NCBI GenBank assembly: GCA_965205485.1
Contig: OZ242180.1
Span: 1,152,001 to 1,216,000 of the forward strand
Origin: Candidatus Latescibacterota bacterium
Lineage (GTDB): Bacteria > Latescibacterota > UBA2968 > GCA-2709665
Length of the DNA: 64,000 nt
Direction of reading: 5' to 3'
Below are positions 20,801 to 32,425 of this stretch, in pieces; position 1 is the stretch's first letter, and each line of letters begins with the position of its first letter. The position numbers and the translations under genes are program-made. A model generated the notes under the pieces. The model did no database searches, was not told where the DNA came from, and saw only the letters and a list, made by a program, of their open reading frames with translations.

Positions 20801-22524
20801 TTCCAGGACACAAGGTCTCAGCGGAAATCGCGATGATCCGCCATTCCGTTCCCGGGGTTACGCTGATTTCGCCGCCGCCTCATCACGACATATACAGTAT
20901 CGAAGACATCGCACAGCTGATCTACGACCTGAAACGGGTGAATCCCAGGGCAAAAGTGTGTGTCAAGCTGGTGTCCGTCGCGGGCATCGGCACCATCGCG
21001 GCGGGCGTGGTCAAAGGGTTCGCGGACGTGGTCCATATCAGCGGGCACGACGGCGGCACCGGCGCTTCCCCCTTAGGCGCCATCAAGCATTCGGGCGGGC
21101 CCTGGGAACTGGGCCTGGCGGAGGTGCAGCAGACACTGGTGATGAACGACCTGCGCGGGCGGGTTGTGCTTCGCGTGGACGGGGGTCTGAAGACGGCCAG
21201 AGACGTGGTCGTCGCGGCTGCTCTGGGTGCCGAAGAGTACGGATTCGGCACGGCGGCGCTTGTCGCCATGGGTTGCGTGATGGCCCGCCAGTGCCACCTG
21301 AATACCTGTCCCGTCGGCGTGGCCACGCAGAAGCCCGAATTGCGGGGGAAATTCAATGGCACCCCCGAAAACGTCATTCGCTATTTTACCAATCTTGCCG
21401 GTGAGGTCCGGGAGGTCATCGCGGGCCTGGGGTATCGGTCTCTGGAGAGCCTGATCGGCCGCACGGAGATTCTGGAAGCCAGCGTCGACCCGGGCAAACA
21501 ACGGTGGCGGGGAATCGACCTGAGCGAACTGCTGGCCGATCCGGACCCGGCAGGCACCCGGCCCCGGCTGCATACCCGCGAGCGCAACGACCGGCCCGAT
21601 GCATCAATTGACGACCTGCTGCTTCAGGACGCAATGGATGCGATCAAGGAAAACAATTCGATTACGCTGAGTTACGATATCCAGAATACGCGGCGGGCGG
21701 TTGGGGCCAAGCTGGCAGGGGAGATCGCGTTTCACTACGGAGACGGCGGCCTCGACAGTACCATCGAGTGCCGGTTTCGAGGCAGCGCGGGACAGAGCTT
21801 CGGCGCGTTCTGCGTGCGAGGGTTGCGCCTGGTCCTGACCGGTGAGGCCAACGACTACGTCGGCAAGGGCATGCACGGCGGCGAACTCATCGTGCGGCCG
21901 CCGGGTAACGCCGCATTCCCGAGCCACAGAAACGCCATCGTCGGCAATACGGTCATGTACGGCGCCACAGGGGGCGTGCTCTACGCGGCGGGCGTTGCGG
22001 GCGAGAGATTCTGCGTGCGTAACAGCGGAGGGCGTGCCGTCGTGGAGGGCGTGGGAGACCACGGGTGTGAATACATGACCGACGGGGTGGTGATCGTGCT
22101 TGGAAGTACGGGGCGAAACTTCGGTGCAGGGATGACGGGCGGCGTCGCGTACGTGCTGGACGAAGAGGGATCGTTCGAGAACCGATACAACCCGCAGCTT
22201 GTCAGCATCCATCGTGTGCACCACCACGACGACATCGGACTGCTGAAAAAGACGATCGGTCGACATCTCGAAAATACCAACAGCCGCCGCGCGAGCGCAA
22301 TTATCGCCCGATGGGAAGAATTCCGGCCCATGTTCTGGAAGGTGACCCCCCAGGCGCCCGACCTGGGCGACGAACTGGTCATCCCGGACCGTTACCGGGA
22401 AACACACCGGGAAACCCGCCAGCAGAAAGCGCAGGACCAACGGGAAACGCGCCCGGTGGGGAATGCCGGCGGCGAGGCCGTTGCCCCGCGCACCCGCGAA
22501 TCCGGCGGCGCCAGCGGGGAATAG
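17847..22524 (+). CDS. gltB: Glutamate synthase large subunit; 5' end interrupted by a 67-bp insertion/duplication
   Basis: The true N-terminus MQATTKTGLYRPEFEHDACGVGFVADIGG begins at ATG 17847 and hits TAG at 17934. The rest (HQRYSTNT, HNGEINT, EPWDGPA, KQVASGRFGV, CVMARQCHLNTCP, GXGXG domain) continues in another frame from about 17980. Confidence 0.93.
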
Positions 22525-22587
22525 CATTCTAGCCCGGAAAACCTCGGGGGTTTTTCGCGCCGGCTAATTCGAAGAGGTAGGGAACTT

Positions 22588-23343
22588 ATGGTTGAAATGA
22601 CAGGAAAGGTTGCATTGATAACCGGCTCTTCCAGGGGCATCGGGCGTGGCTGCGCCGTAGAGATGGCCCGCGCCGGCGCCAATATCGCGGTAAATTACCA
22701 TTCGCATCCTGAAGACGCGGAGACCGTCGCGAACGAGGTCCGCGCGGAGGGTCGTGAGGCGCTGGTCATGCAGGCCGATGTTTCAGACCGGGCGGCCGTG
22801 GACCGGATGGTCGAAGCAACCGTAGACCGGTTCGGAAGGCTCGACGTCGTCGTAGCGAATGCCTATTACAGCAAGCGCGAGCCTTTCCTGGAACTCTCGA
22901 TACAGGCTGTGCGGCGGACGTGGGAGGTCTGTATGTGGGGCAGCTTCCACACCGCACAGGCCGGCGCCCGGCAGATGGTGGACCAGAGCGGCGGCGGAAG
23001 CATCCTGTTCATCAGTTCCGTGCTGGCGCACGTACCGATGCCAACCTCCATGCCGTACAATTCTGCAAAAGCGGGCATCAACCAGATGTGCCGTACCATC
23101 GCGGCCGAGCTTGCGCCTCATCGTATCCGCGCGAACGTGATCGAACCCGGTTATACGGACACGCCCGGCGAACGGCAATTCGCCACGGACGAACAGATTA
23201 CGGAAGCGGCCAGGGGCATGCCATGGGGCAGGCTGGCCACGATTGAGGACCTGGGAAAAGCAGCCACGTTTCTGTGTTCCGACGCGGCGGACTATATTAC
23301 GGGGACGATTCTGAAAGTGGACGGCGGGTTATGCCTTAAATAG
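22588..23343 (+). CDS. Short-chain dehydrogenase/reductase
   Basis: TGSSRGIG, YNSAK catalytic motif, VDGG. Confidence 0.92.
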   Translation: MVEMTGKVALITGSSRGIGRGCAVEMARAGANIAVNYHSHPEDAETVANEVRAEGREALVMQADVSDRAAVDRMVEATVDRFGRLDVVVANAYYSKREPFLELSIQAVRRTWEVCMWGSFHTAQAGARQMVDQSGGGSILFISSVLAHVPMPTSMPYNSAKAGINQMCRTIAAELAPHRIRANVIEPGYTDTPGERQFATDEQITEAARGMPWGRLATIEDLGKAATFLCSDAADYITGTILKVDGGLCLK

Positions 23344-23428
23344 GCGTCCGGTTTCCGTCTGGCCGCGGGCCGGCAATCCAAACGGCGCTGCCGCTCGCCG
23401 CCGCATTCCGGATTTTCCGAAGTGAGAC

Positions 23429-24562
23429 ATGATGCGAGTCGTTCGATTCACCATCTTTCTGTGCGCGTGCCTTTGGGGTGTTTCAGTTCCGGCCGCCGAC
23501 GTGGTCGTGGAGATGCACCAGGAGGAAGAGGTGACGGAGTTGAGGTACCGGGTCGGCGTGATAGACGCGGTGTCAGAGTCAGTCGACTGGGGTGAGGTGG
23601 GAGCGCACGACGACGGCCGGTTTCCGTCCGTTGCCGTGGACGGCGGAATTGTCGTGGAGGTACACCAGTCCCACCAGGGAACGAACCTGTGGTACAAAGT
23701 CGGCAAGGTCGACGCGGCGACAAAGACGGTCCGGTGGGGCGCGGGGAGAAAATTCGACGGTGGCCAGTACCCGATGGTGGCGCTGGACGGCCGTGCGGTG
23801 GTGGAAGTACACCAGTCGCATGCCGGCACGAACCTGTGGTATCACGTGGGCATCGTGGATACCGCGGCCGATTCGATTGCCTGGGGCGCTTCGGAGAAGT
23901 TCGATGGAGGGCGGTTCCCGTCGGTGGCGCTGTCTGACGGGGTGGTCGTGGAAGTCCATCAGTCGGAAGAAGGCGAACGTCTATGGTACAATGTGGGTAC
24001 CGTGGATACAACGTCGAAGTCAATTGCGTGGGGTGAAGCGCAGGAATACGACGGCGGCCAGACGCCCTCCGTGGATATGGACGACGGCATGGTCATTGAG
24101 ATGCATGAGTCGATAGGCGGAGGCGACCTCTGGTATCGGGTGGGCGTTCTGGACGCGGAGCGCAGGACTGTCGATTGGGGGGAGGCGAGGAAGTTCGACC
24201 GCGGTATCGCTCCCAACGTGGCGGTGGACAACGGAGTCGTCATGGAGGTGCATGAATCCCACAGCGCTTCGGACCTCTGGTACCACGTCGGATCGGTGGA
24301 TGCGGACGCGAAGTCGGTGTCCTGGGGGACGGGCTGGAACTACGGTGAGGGCATACTCCCCGCCTTGAGCGTCAGCATCCGGCGAGGGCCCGCGGATTTC
24401 GACGGCAGCGGCCAGGTGGACTTTGCCGATTTTCTGTTGTTCGTAAAGGCCTTTGGTTCCGAGGCCGGGGACGTGGATTTCGAAACCCGATTTGACCTGG
24501 ACGGAGACGGCCGCATCGGATTCAACGATTTTATCCGATTCGCCCGGGAATTCGGCACATAG
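23429..24562 (+). CDS. Secreted six-repeat beta-propeller-like protein with a C-terminal EF-hand/dockerin-like domain
   Basis: Signal peptide, six ~49-aa repeats (VVEVHQS...LWY.VG.VD...WG...DGG..P.VA), then ADFDGSGQVDFADFL...FDLDGDGRIGFNDF. Confidence 0.8.
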   Translation: MMRVVRFTIFLCACLWGVSVPAADVVVEMHQEEEVTELRYRVGVIDAVSESVDWGEVGAHDDGRFPSVAVDGGIVVEVHQSHQGTNLWYKVGKVDAATKTVRWGAGRKFDGGQYPMVALDGRAVVEVHQSHAGTNLWYHVGIVDTAADSIAWGASEKFDGGRFPSVALSDGVVVEVHQSEEGERLWYNVGTVDTTSKSIAWGEAQEYDGGQTPSVDMDDGMVIEMHESIGGGDLWYRVGVLDAERRTVDWGEARKFDRGIAPNVAVDNGVVMEVHESHSASDLWYHVGSVDADAKSVSWGTGWNYGEGILPALSVSIRRGPADFDGSGQVDFADFLLFVKAFGSEAGDVDFETRFDLDGDGRIGFNDFIRFAREFGT

Positions 24563-24809
24563 GGAAGAAGCGAACACCTGGCGCGTAAGTGAGGCGTCGT
24601 CACCGCCGCGGGGAGGGTTCCGCGGCGGTATCTTTATGCCTGTTCCGTGAGCCGGGCGGAAGGACTTTTGCGGGCTTTTTTGTACACCTTGAAGAGTCTA
24701 TTTCCTATATTTTCTGAGGTACCGGCAGGGCGGTCCGGATCGAATTGGAATCCCCTGCGGATCTTCCGGTTCCCCGGCGTTCCGTAAAGCCGCATCGACC
24801 CAATTTCCT

Positions 24810-25571
24810 ATGAGACGATTCCAGAAAATCATCATCGGGACCCTGATCGGATCCACGGCATACGCGGCCGATCCACCGGCTCACTTTTATACGCCGTCCC
24901 GGGATTCCGTTCTGGTTCTGGAGAAATTCGAGTACCCGGGACAACTCGGGCGGTTTCCCGGGAACTGGGAAGCACGGGTGGGCTGGCGACAGAAGAAGAC
25001 CAGGAAGAAGAAGGACCTGTATTACACGATACAGGAGGAGAACGGCGACCACTTTCTGAGCGCCGAGACCGTGGGCGGGGCGACGAATGCAGGCCGGCCG
25101 GAAAAAATCAACCTTCGTATCTGGAAGATGCTCAGATGGCGTTGGCGGGTGCACAGCCTCCCCGCGCACGGCAATGAATCCCGCAAGAAAACCAACGACA
25201 GTGCTGCGGCGGTGCGCCTGGTGTTCGGTAGCAGATTGCGGCCCAAAACGCTCAAGTACGTGTGGAGCGCGACGCTTCCCGAGGGCACGCAAACGGAAAG
25301 CCCGCACCACGAAAGCACGAAAGTAATCGTCCTGCAATCCGGACGCAGGAATACGGGCAAATGGATGTGGGAAGAGGTCAATGCCTATGAAGACTACAAA
25401 CGTGTTTTCGGTAGCGATCCGAGGCCTGTTCAGGCTGTTGCCGTGCTGACGGATTCGGACAACACAAATTCGCTCGTAAAGGCGGACTACGACGACATCA
25501 CATTCCTGATGGAGCCACCCGATTCATCGAAGGCCGATGCCTTACACGAAGACAGGGGGGAAGAGAAATGA
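24810..25571 (+). CDS. DUF3047-like secreted protein
   Basis: LRWRWRV, DSAAAVRLVF, LKYVWS, VLQSG...W and AVLTDSDNT pattern; signal peptide. Confidence 0.75.
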   Translation: MRRFQKIIIGTLIGSTAYAADPPAHFYTPSRDSVLVLEKFEYPGQLGRFPGNWEARVGWRQKKTRKKKDLYYTIQEENGDHFLSAETVGGATNAGRPEKINLRIWKMLRWRWRVHSLPAHGNESRKKTNDSAAAVRLVFGSRLRPKTLKYVWSATLPEGTQTESPHHESTKVIVLQSGRRNTGKWMWEEVNAYEDYKRVFGSDPRPVQAVAVLTDSDNTNSLVKADYDDITFLMEPPDSSKADALHEDRGEEK

Positions 25572-25726
25572 CAGGAAAAACGGGAACGAGGAGACAGCAT
25601 CTGCGAAGGGCGAGTGTGGGCCGGCCGGCGGGTCCCGGCTGCGGTCCGGCACGAAGTTGCACTGTGAGAGGGACGTATCCACATGGACGGGCGCTGGCGG
25701 ACCGTCCACGCGAACTGGCGGAACAC

Positions 25727-26896
25727 GTGCATTTCCTTCTCAGGTTGGCTCTTGTACGGGCGGCCGGTTTCTGCCTGCTGACGGCATCCGCGGCGACGGC
25801 GCAAAACGTGTCGATTACGGACTACGTGGTGCCGGTCAGCAGGGCGCACAACCTGCGCGTCGACGCGCTCAGCTTCAACTACGTGACGGAAGGTGACGAA
25901 ACCGTGGTTCAAAACGGCAACGTGACCGTCGTCTACAAGAAGTTCTACGAGTCGCTGCCGTATGCCTATTCCGTGGACGCAACCGGCCGGGGTTCGATCA
26001 GAAAGAATATCATTACCAAGGAAAACGAGCGCCACGCCCTGACCAACCTGAAGACGAATCTCAAGAAGTACCACCGGAACGAGGGCAGCCTCTTCTATTC
26101 GTGGGGCACGGACTCAGACCTGGATTCCGGATACGACCGACCGAACGTCGAGATGACGCTGGGCTTCGGACACGGACGGTTCATCGACGCCACCGCGCTT
26201 CGGAAGGCCGGGAGAATCGAGGAATTCTTCCTGGAGGAGGGGATCATCGGCGAGCATTTCTCCAGGGAGACGATGATAGAACTGGCGCATATAATCGACA
26301 GGGAACGGGAATACAAGGAACAGCACGGAGACCGGTACGAAAACTACTGGTTCGAGGACATGCTTGCCGAGATCAGGAGATCCCGCAGGGTCCTGGGCGA
26401 TGAGATCGGATTCGGCCTCGTGCGGATACAGGAAGTGTTGACTCAGGAGCAGATCAGCAAGAGATTCTACGGATGGGACATCACCACCGGTGTGCAGTTT
26501 CAGGTGTTGAATCCCTATGAAGATACGGACCGGCCGCCGCCCGGTCTCCTGATCAACTTTCGATATTCCCACCCGATCAGCTGGAGCACGCAGATCAATA
26601 CCGATTTCCACTACGATACGCCGTTTTCCAGGACCTTCGGGAGCGACTACAACCTGCGCTGGAATACAGATTTCATCTACGAGGTGACGAACAGGATCCG
26701 CTTCACGACACTGAAGACGATCCGTGCAAGGAAGCGCGAGGACAGACAAGCCGAGATTATCTCAGACATCGCGTTTGCGCTCAGCTTCTACATCGAAAAC
26801 AAAATCAACATGACGCTTTCCGAGTCCTTTCGCGTCGCCAGAGGCGAAAAGTCCAGGCAAAGCTTCAATATGGGCTTGAGCTACAGGATTTTTTAG
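25727..26896 (+). CDS. Probable outer-membrane beta-barrel protein
   Basis: Signal-like segment ending AATA-Q, amphipathic strands and C-terminal ...MGLSYRIF barrel signature; start uncertain (25568 or GTG 25727). Confidence 0.6.
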   Translation: MHFLLRLALVRAAGFCLLTASAATAQNVSITDYVVPVSRAHNLRVDALSFNYVTEGDETVVQNGNVTVVYKKFYESLPYAYSVDATGRGSIRKNIITKENERHALTNLKTNLKKYHRNEGSLFYSWGTDSDLDSGYDRPNVEMTLGFGHGRFIDATALRKAGRIEEFFLEEGIIGEHFSRETMIELAHIIDREREYKEQHGDRYENYWFEDMLAEIRRSRRVLGDEIGFGLVRIQEVLTQEQISKRFYGWDITTGVQFQVLNPYEDTDRPPPGLLINFRYSHPISWSTQINTDFHYDTPFSRTFGSDYNLRWNTDFIYEVTNRIRFTTLKTIRARKREDRQAEIISDIAFALSFYIENKINMTLSESFRVARGEKSRQSFNMGLSYRIF

Positions 26897-27106
26897 TGTC
26901 GGAAAGGATCCGTGCGGAAACAGGGTCGTAACCGCACGTCTACGCGTGTTGCGGATACTTTGCCTCTCACAAAGACACACGCGACCAAAGCCTCGTTCCT
27001 CCCGCCCGTGTAAGCTCCGGGTCCGCGCGTCGGTCGGCGCCGTCTGACCCGCCCGCCTCCAGTTGCCCCTTCCACGAACTTCACAATTTACCCGAACAGA
27101 AGATGC

Positions 27107-29371
27107 CTACAGACTCTCAACCGCATCGACCAGCGCGCCGGTGGTGATGCCGAAGTGCGCCCAGGTCTCCATATGTCCGTCGGAAGGTGCGATTGTCGGA
27201 ACCGTCAGGCCCACGTGCGCATGGGCGATGTTCGTGGACGAGGCCGCGGTGGCCACCAGGCCCGCAAACCCCCTGAGTCCGGTTTGAGGCGTGCCGATCT
27301 TTCCGTCTTCGATCGTGACGACTCCCAGTGGGTACTGTGATATCAACGATTCCAGGCGCCCCTCGGGCAGGGGCAGCCCGTTGACAACGTACACGTCCGC
27401 CACCGCGCCCCGGTCGTTCAGGACGTCCGCGGCTTCTACGGCCAGGAAGGCCGGCGCGCCGAATGCCAGGATCGCGCGACGGGCGCCGGCATGGGTCCGG
27501 CAGGGCGTGACGGGTTGCCACTCATCCTCCCCGGTCCAGAGCGGGCCGGAGCCGTCCTGCTTTTCGAGGACGGGCAGGTTGTCCCGGGGAATACCGATGA
27601 TATGTCCGCCGTAATTGGCGGCGAGGTCGATCACGGCAAGAAAGGCGGACCGCGCGTCGGCCGGGGCGTAGAACCGGTGCAGGTACGGAAGGTAGTTGAG
27701 GCCCACGTTGATCCAGTCCAGTCCCCATCCGGAGAAATGGTCCCGGCCCGTACACGCGCCGACGTGAGAGAGATGGAAGGTGACGTTCAGACCTTCGTTC
27801 ACGCCCGTCAGATTGCGCTGGTACTGCCACATGTCGAAGCCTTCCCGGGCGATGCCTTCGAAGAAGGCCGCGAAGGTGGACACCACGTTCAGTTGCGAAT
27901 TCGGGGTACTGGTGGCCAGGCCGTTGGCGATGAGGGTGGCCGCCTGCTCTTCGATGCTGATCTCGAACTGATGGTTTTCGGCCAGATGACTCCTGGCCTT
28001 TGACAGTTTGGTGGACGCGTCCAGGTCGCAACTGACCACGAATACATGATCCGGAAAAGTCTCGGCCACCAGCGCGTAACCGGCTTCCGAACCGTCACGG
28101 GCGCTCTTCATCTCACCCGGTCCGGGCAAAGAGACGCTTGCCGCCGCGCCCTCAGGCAGTACCAGATTCGGGCTTCCAGGGGCCGGGCGGGCGCGGGTCA
28201 CAACCTTCCTGGACGACCGTGACTTCAGGTTTTCCAGCGCTTCCGACTGGCCGGACGTAGCCCGGAACATGGAACCGGCGAGTACGTCGGCTTCGTTACG
28301 TCCCTTCATGCCCCCGTCGTGGTGGCCGGCGCCGCCGGGCAGGTCGTTCACGAGGAAGAGGCACTCCAGCATGGGCTCCACGTCTCTGTAGCTCATCAGC
28401 GATCCGGGGACCCAGATCTCGCGGTCCATAGGCACGTCGTGCTGTCCCGCGAAGGCTTCCACCTCTTCGAGAACGCCGTGGGTTTCGCCGAAATGCGACA
28501 GGTCGATCCGTTTGCCGTTCCCGGACCTGAAGCCGACGGGATAGATCAGACTGGGGCGGCCTCCCTGCGCCAGTCCGTATGCTTCGCGGTACGCGCTGTA
28601 CAGGCCGGCGGGATCGTGTAGCGTGGGGATCTCGAGAATCTCGATCCCCATTGCGCCGATGATGGACCGCGGGTCCTTGTCCAAAATGCTTCTGGTGCTG
28701 CCGGAAAGCTGGATCCCGTTCCGGTCCATGACGAACGTGATTGGCGCGCCGTGGACGTGCGCGGCGTTGAAGCCGTTCAACGCCTGGCCCGAAATCCAGC
28801 CGGCGTCTCCGCAATGGGCAACAACCCAGCATCCGTCGCCGTACGAACCGCGCTTGCCCAGCGCATTGCCAACCGCGACCGGAATCATCACGCCCAGGCG
28901 TCCGCCGTTCATCTGAGTCCCCCCCGGCAGCCACGAAACGTGGCCGGGAAGATCCAGACCGCGGCGGAAGTCGGTAACGACGTGTTCGGGATCCACGAAT
29001 CCGACGGCGGAAAGCGCGGCGAAATACCCGACGCTGGTATGGGCGTGTTCGATGGTGTATTCGATGCGCCCGAAGTCGACCACCGCCAGGGTGAGCAGCA
29101 AGGGGGGAATCAGGCCGATGCCGCCGCCCAGGTGGTCCGCCTCGCCGACTTCGGCCAGGGATGCCAGCGAACGCACTGCCGTACGGGCCGCGTCAATCTG
29201 CAGGGCGGTGAGGGCGTCACTCTGTGTTTCCGTTAATGTTTCGGTCTGGCGGATGTCGATGTGTATTGGCAGGATCTCTGACGTGACGATGTCGGACAGA
29301 TACCGCGAACCGTCCAGAAGCGTCCGGTTGCGGCGCTCCTGTTGGGTTGTCGCGTGCTGCAATGCGGACAT
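27107..29371 (-). CDS. Divergent single-chain transketolase-like ThDP enzyme
   Basis: LPGHVS, GRLG, CGDAG...MDRNGIQLSG ThDP motif, CDLDAST, SIEEQ, STFAAF, GRDH. Confidence 0.75.
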   Translation of the reverse strand: MSALQHATTQQERRNRTLLDGSRYLSDIVTSEILPIHIDIRQTETLTETQSDALTALQIDAARTAVRSLASLAEVGEADHLGGGIGLIPPLLLTLAVVDFGRIEYTIEHAHTSVGYFAALSAVGFVDPEHVVTDFRRGLDLPGHVSWLPGGTQMNGGRLGVMIPVAVGNALGKRGSYGDGCWVVAHCGDAGWISGQALNGFNAAHVHGAPITFVMDRNGIQLSGSTRSILDKDPRSIIGAMGIEILEIPTLHDPAGLYSAYREAYGLAQGGRPSLIYPVGFRSGNGKRIDLSHFGETHGVLEEVEAFAGQHDVPMDREIWVPGSLMSYRDVEPMLECLFLVNDLPGGAGHHDGGMKGRNEADVLAGSMFRATSGQSEALENLKSRSSRKVVTRARPAPGSPNLVLPEGAAASVSLPGPGEMKSARDGSEAGYALVAETFPDHVFVVSCDLDASTKLSKARSHLAENHQFEISIEEQAATLIANGLATSTPNSQLNVVSTFAAFFEGIAREGFDMWQYQRNLTGVNEGLNVTFHLSHVGACTGRDHFSGWGLDWINVGLNYLPYLHRFYAPADARSAFLAVIDLAANYGGHIIGIPRDNLPVLEKQDGSGPLWTGEDEWQPVTPCRTHAGARRAILAFGAPAFLAVEAADVLNDRGAVADVYVVNGLPLPEGRLESLISQYPLGVVTIEDGKIGTPQTGLRGFAGLVATAASSTNIAHAHVGLTVPTIAPSDGHMETWAHFGITTGALVDAVESL

Positions 29372-29637
29372 ATACGGGCTCCTCCGCGAGGAAGGCGGGT
29401 TCGTATGAAAAAAGGGGGATGGCGAGATACGGGGGAGGGAGAGGGGTGCAGAAACTTCAGGTTAAAAATACAGCGGTTTCGGAAAAATACCAGCTAAAAA
29501 TGGTTCCCGGTATCGTGGAAAGCCGATAGGCTTCAGGCGGGAAAACTTGCCTTGGAAGTCGCGCGTTCCTGTGGTATTTTAAGGCTTGAAATCAAGTCTC
29601 TACAGTAAGTCCTTGCGAATGTGGAAAGGAGCGGAAC

Positions 29638-30408
29638 ATGCCCGGTACGGTATTGGCTGCGCAGATGTATACGGTGCGCGAATTCACGCAAACACCAGCG
29701 GACGTCGCGGCCAGTCTGAAGAAGGTGAAGGCGCTGGGATATGATGCGATGCAGGTGTCGGCATTCGGAGAAATCAGCCCCCTTGAACTCAAGGACATGG
29801 CCGATGGCGAGGGCCTCGAGATCTGCGCCACCCACACCAGCTACGAACGCATGAGGGATGAAACCCAGGCTGTCATCGACGAGCACCGGTTGTGGGGATG
29901 CCTGTACCCGGCGATCGGCGGGCTGCCCCAGAGCTATCGCGAAGACGGTGGGGAAGGTTACAGGCGTTTCGCCCGCGAGGCATCCGAAGTCGCGCGAAAA
30001 CTCGGGGCGGCAGGACTCACGTTCGGGTACCACAACCACAGTTTTGAACTGGAGCGATTCGGCGATCGAACGGGGCTGCAGATCCTGTTTGAAGAAAGCG
30101 ACCCGGAGGTCTTCCAGCTCGAAATCGATACCTACTGGATACAGCACGGAGGCGGGGATCCCGCCGCGTGGATTCGCAGGGCCGCGGGCCGGGCGGACCT
30201 GGTTCACGTGAAAGATATGGCCATGCGCGGCCGGGAGCAGCTCTACGCCGAGGTGGGCGAGGGCAACCTGAACTGGCCGGCCATTCTTGATGCGTGCAAG
30301 GCGGCCGGCACCCGGTGGTACATCGTGGAGCAGGACACGTGCCAGCGGGACCCGTTCGAGAGCCTGGGCATCAGTCTCCGGAATCTGAAGGCGATGGGAC
30401 TGGAGTGA
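29638..30408 (+). CDS. Sugar phosphate isomerase/epimerase (xylose isomerase-like TIM barrel)
   Basis: QMYTVR, YHNHSFE, EIDTYW, HVKD, VGEG and IVEQD motifs. Confidence 0.9.
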   Translation: MPGTVLAAQMYTVREFTQTPADVAASLKKVKALGYDAMQVSAFGEISPLELKDMADGEGLEICATHTSYERMRDETQAVIDEHRLWGCLYPAIGGLPQSYREDGGEGYRRFAREASEVARKLGAAGLTFGYHNHSFELERFGDRTGLQILFEESDPEVFQLEIDTYWIQHGGGDPAAWIRRAAGRADLVHVKDMAMRGREQLYAEVGEGNLNWPAILDACKAAGTRWYIVEQDTCQRDPFESLGISLRNLKAMGLE

Positions 30409-30436
30409 GCCTTCTGCGCCGAATTGAGGATTCAAC

Positions 30437-32425
30437 ATGCCTGCGGTAAGCAATCCACCCGTAAAATCCATCCTGCAGTCCGGAAACGAATCGGTTTTCG
30501 AGGTCCGAACGCGCGCGCCGGGACCCGAAGGCCGGCTGATTTCCCTGACCGAAGAGCTGGTGGTTGAATCGCCCAGCGGGGATATCTTCGGCTACAGCCA
30601 GAATGCGGGTATGGGATGGGACCCGGCGGAACTGGGCCGACCCGAGTTCCTGATCCTGAGTACGATGGGAGGGATTCGCGAGCCGGACGGGCGCCCTGTC
30701 GCGCTTGGCTATCACACCGGGCACTGGGAGGTGGGTCTGCTGATGCGGGAGGCCGCCCTGGAGATTCACCGTTTGGGCGGCATTCCCTTTGCGGGGTATT
30801 GTTCGGACCCCTGCGACGGACGTACGCAGGGCACCACGGGGATGATGGACAGCCTGGCTTATCGCAATGACGCGGCGACCGTGCTCCGGCGCCTGGTCCG
30901 GTCGCTTCCCACGCGAAAAGGGGTGATCGGCGTTGCAACCTGCGACAAGGGATTGCCCGCGATGATGATCGCACTGGCGGCGATGCATTCGCTGTCCACG
31001 GCGATCGTTCCCGGCGGCGTGACGCTTCCGCCGGAAGACGGGGAGGACGCCGGCAAGATCCAGTCGGTGGGCGTCAGGCTGGCGCACGGAGAGATGTCGC
31101 TTTCGGACGTGCAGGACCTGGGCTGCCGGGCTTGCGCAACGCCCGGGGGCGGCTGCCAGTTTCTGGGTACGGCCGCGACTTCGCAGGTGGTGGCCGAGGC
31201 GCTTGGATTTGCGCTCACCCATTCGGCCCTGGCGCCTTCGGGCGAGGCGGTCTGGCTGGATATGGCGCTCCGGTCCGCCCGTGCGGTGTTCGCGATGCAG
31301 TCGGCCGGGCTCACCACGGCCGACGTGATCACCGATGCCGCTCTTCACAATGCGATGGTGACGCACGCCGCGTTCGGCGGATCCACCAACCTGCTCCTGC
31401 ATATTCCGGCTGTCGCCTATGCGGCCGGGCGCTCCCGGCCCACCGTGGCCGACTGGAGCCACGTGAACCGGCACGTCCCTCGTCTGGTTGACGTTCTGCC
31501 CAACGGTCCGGAGTTCCATCCCACGGTCCGGGCGTTTCTGGCGGGCGGCGTGCCGGAAGTCATGCTGCATCTGCGGAAACTGGGGTTGCTGGAAACGGAT
31601 GCCCTCACGATATCCGGTGGAACGCTGGGCGAGAACCTGGACTGGTGGGAGGGATCCGAAAGACGAGTGAGACTCAGGCAGGCGCTGCGCGATCAGGACG
31701 GAGTCGACCCGGACCATGTCATCATGGACGCCGACCGCGCCCGTGAGAGAGGGCTGACCAGCACGGTCTGTTTCCCCACCGGGAATATCGCGCCGGAAGG
31801 GTCTGTGGTAAAGAGCACGGCCATCGACCCTTCGGTCGTCGACCAGGATGGCGTCTACCGGACGACCGGACCGGTCAAGGTGTTCACCACCGAGAGGGCG
31901 GCTGCCGCCGCGCTGAAGGATTCCGGTCCCAGAGGCATAAAGCCGGGGGACGTCATGGTGTTGATCGGGCGCGGACCGATGGGCGCCGGGATGGAGGAGA
32001 TCGCCCAGATCACCACCGCGCTGAAGTACCTGGACTTCGGGAAACACGTCGCCGTTCTCACCGACGCGCGTTTTTCGGGGTTTTCTACCGGAGCCTGCAT
32101 CGGCCATATCGGACCTGAGGCGCTGGCCGGGGGCCCGATCGGCAAGCTGGCGGACGGTGACGTCGTGGAGATTGTGATCGACCGGAAGGCGCTTTCCGGC
32201 AGCATCCATTTCGTCGGCGTGGGCGAGACGCGTTTCGGGCCGGAAGAGGGTCGCCGCATTCTGGCCGACAGGCCCACGCGGCCCGACCTGGCGCCCGATG
32301 CGGACCTGCCCGACGATACCCGGCTGTGGGCGGCCCTTCAGAACGTTGGCGGTGGAACCTGGGGGGGATGCGTTTACGACGTGGACGCGATTGTTCAACG
32401 GCTGAACGGCGGTACATCTCCGTGA
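30437..32425 (+). CDS. D-xylonate dehydratase, YjhG/YagF family (IlvD/Edd superfamily)
   Basis: [45 protein letters not shown] and [18 protein letters not shown]. Confidence 0.9.
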   Translation: MPAVSNPPVKSILQSGNESVFEVRTRAPGPEGRLISLTEELVVESPSGDIFGYSQNAGMGWDPAELGRPEFLILSTMGGIREPDGRPVALGYHTGHWEVGLLMREAALEIHRLGGIPFAGYCSDPCDGRTQGTTGMMDSLAYRNDAATVLRRLVRSLPTRKGVIGVATCDKGLPAMMIALAAMHSLSTAIVPGGVTLPPEDGEDAGKIQSVGVRLAHGEMSLSDVQDLGCRACATPGGGCQFLGTAATSQVVAEALGFALTHSALAPSGEAVWLDMALRSARAVFAMQSAGLTTADVITDAALHNAMVTHAAFGGSTNLLLHIPAVAYAAGRSRPTVADWSHVNRHVPRLVDVLPNGPEFHPTVRAFLAGGVPEVMLHLRKLGLLETDALTISGGTLGENLDWWEGSERRVRLRQALRDQDGVDPDHVIMDADRARERGLTSTVCFPTGNIAPEGSVVKSTAIDPSVVDQDGVYRTTGPVKVFTTERAAAAALKDSGPRGIKPGDVMVLIGRGPMGAGMEEIAQITTALKYLDFGKHVAVLTDARFSGFSTGACIGHIGPEALAGGPIGKLADGDVVEIVIDRKALSGSIHFVGVGETRFGPEEGRRILADRPTRPDLAPDADLPDDTRLWAALQNVGGGTWGGCVYDVDAIVQRLNGGTSP

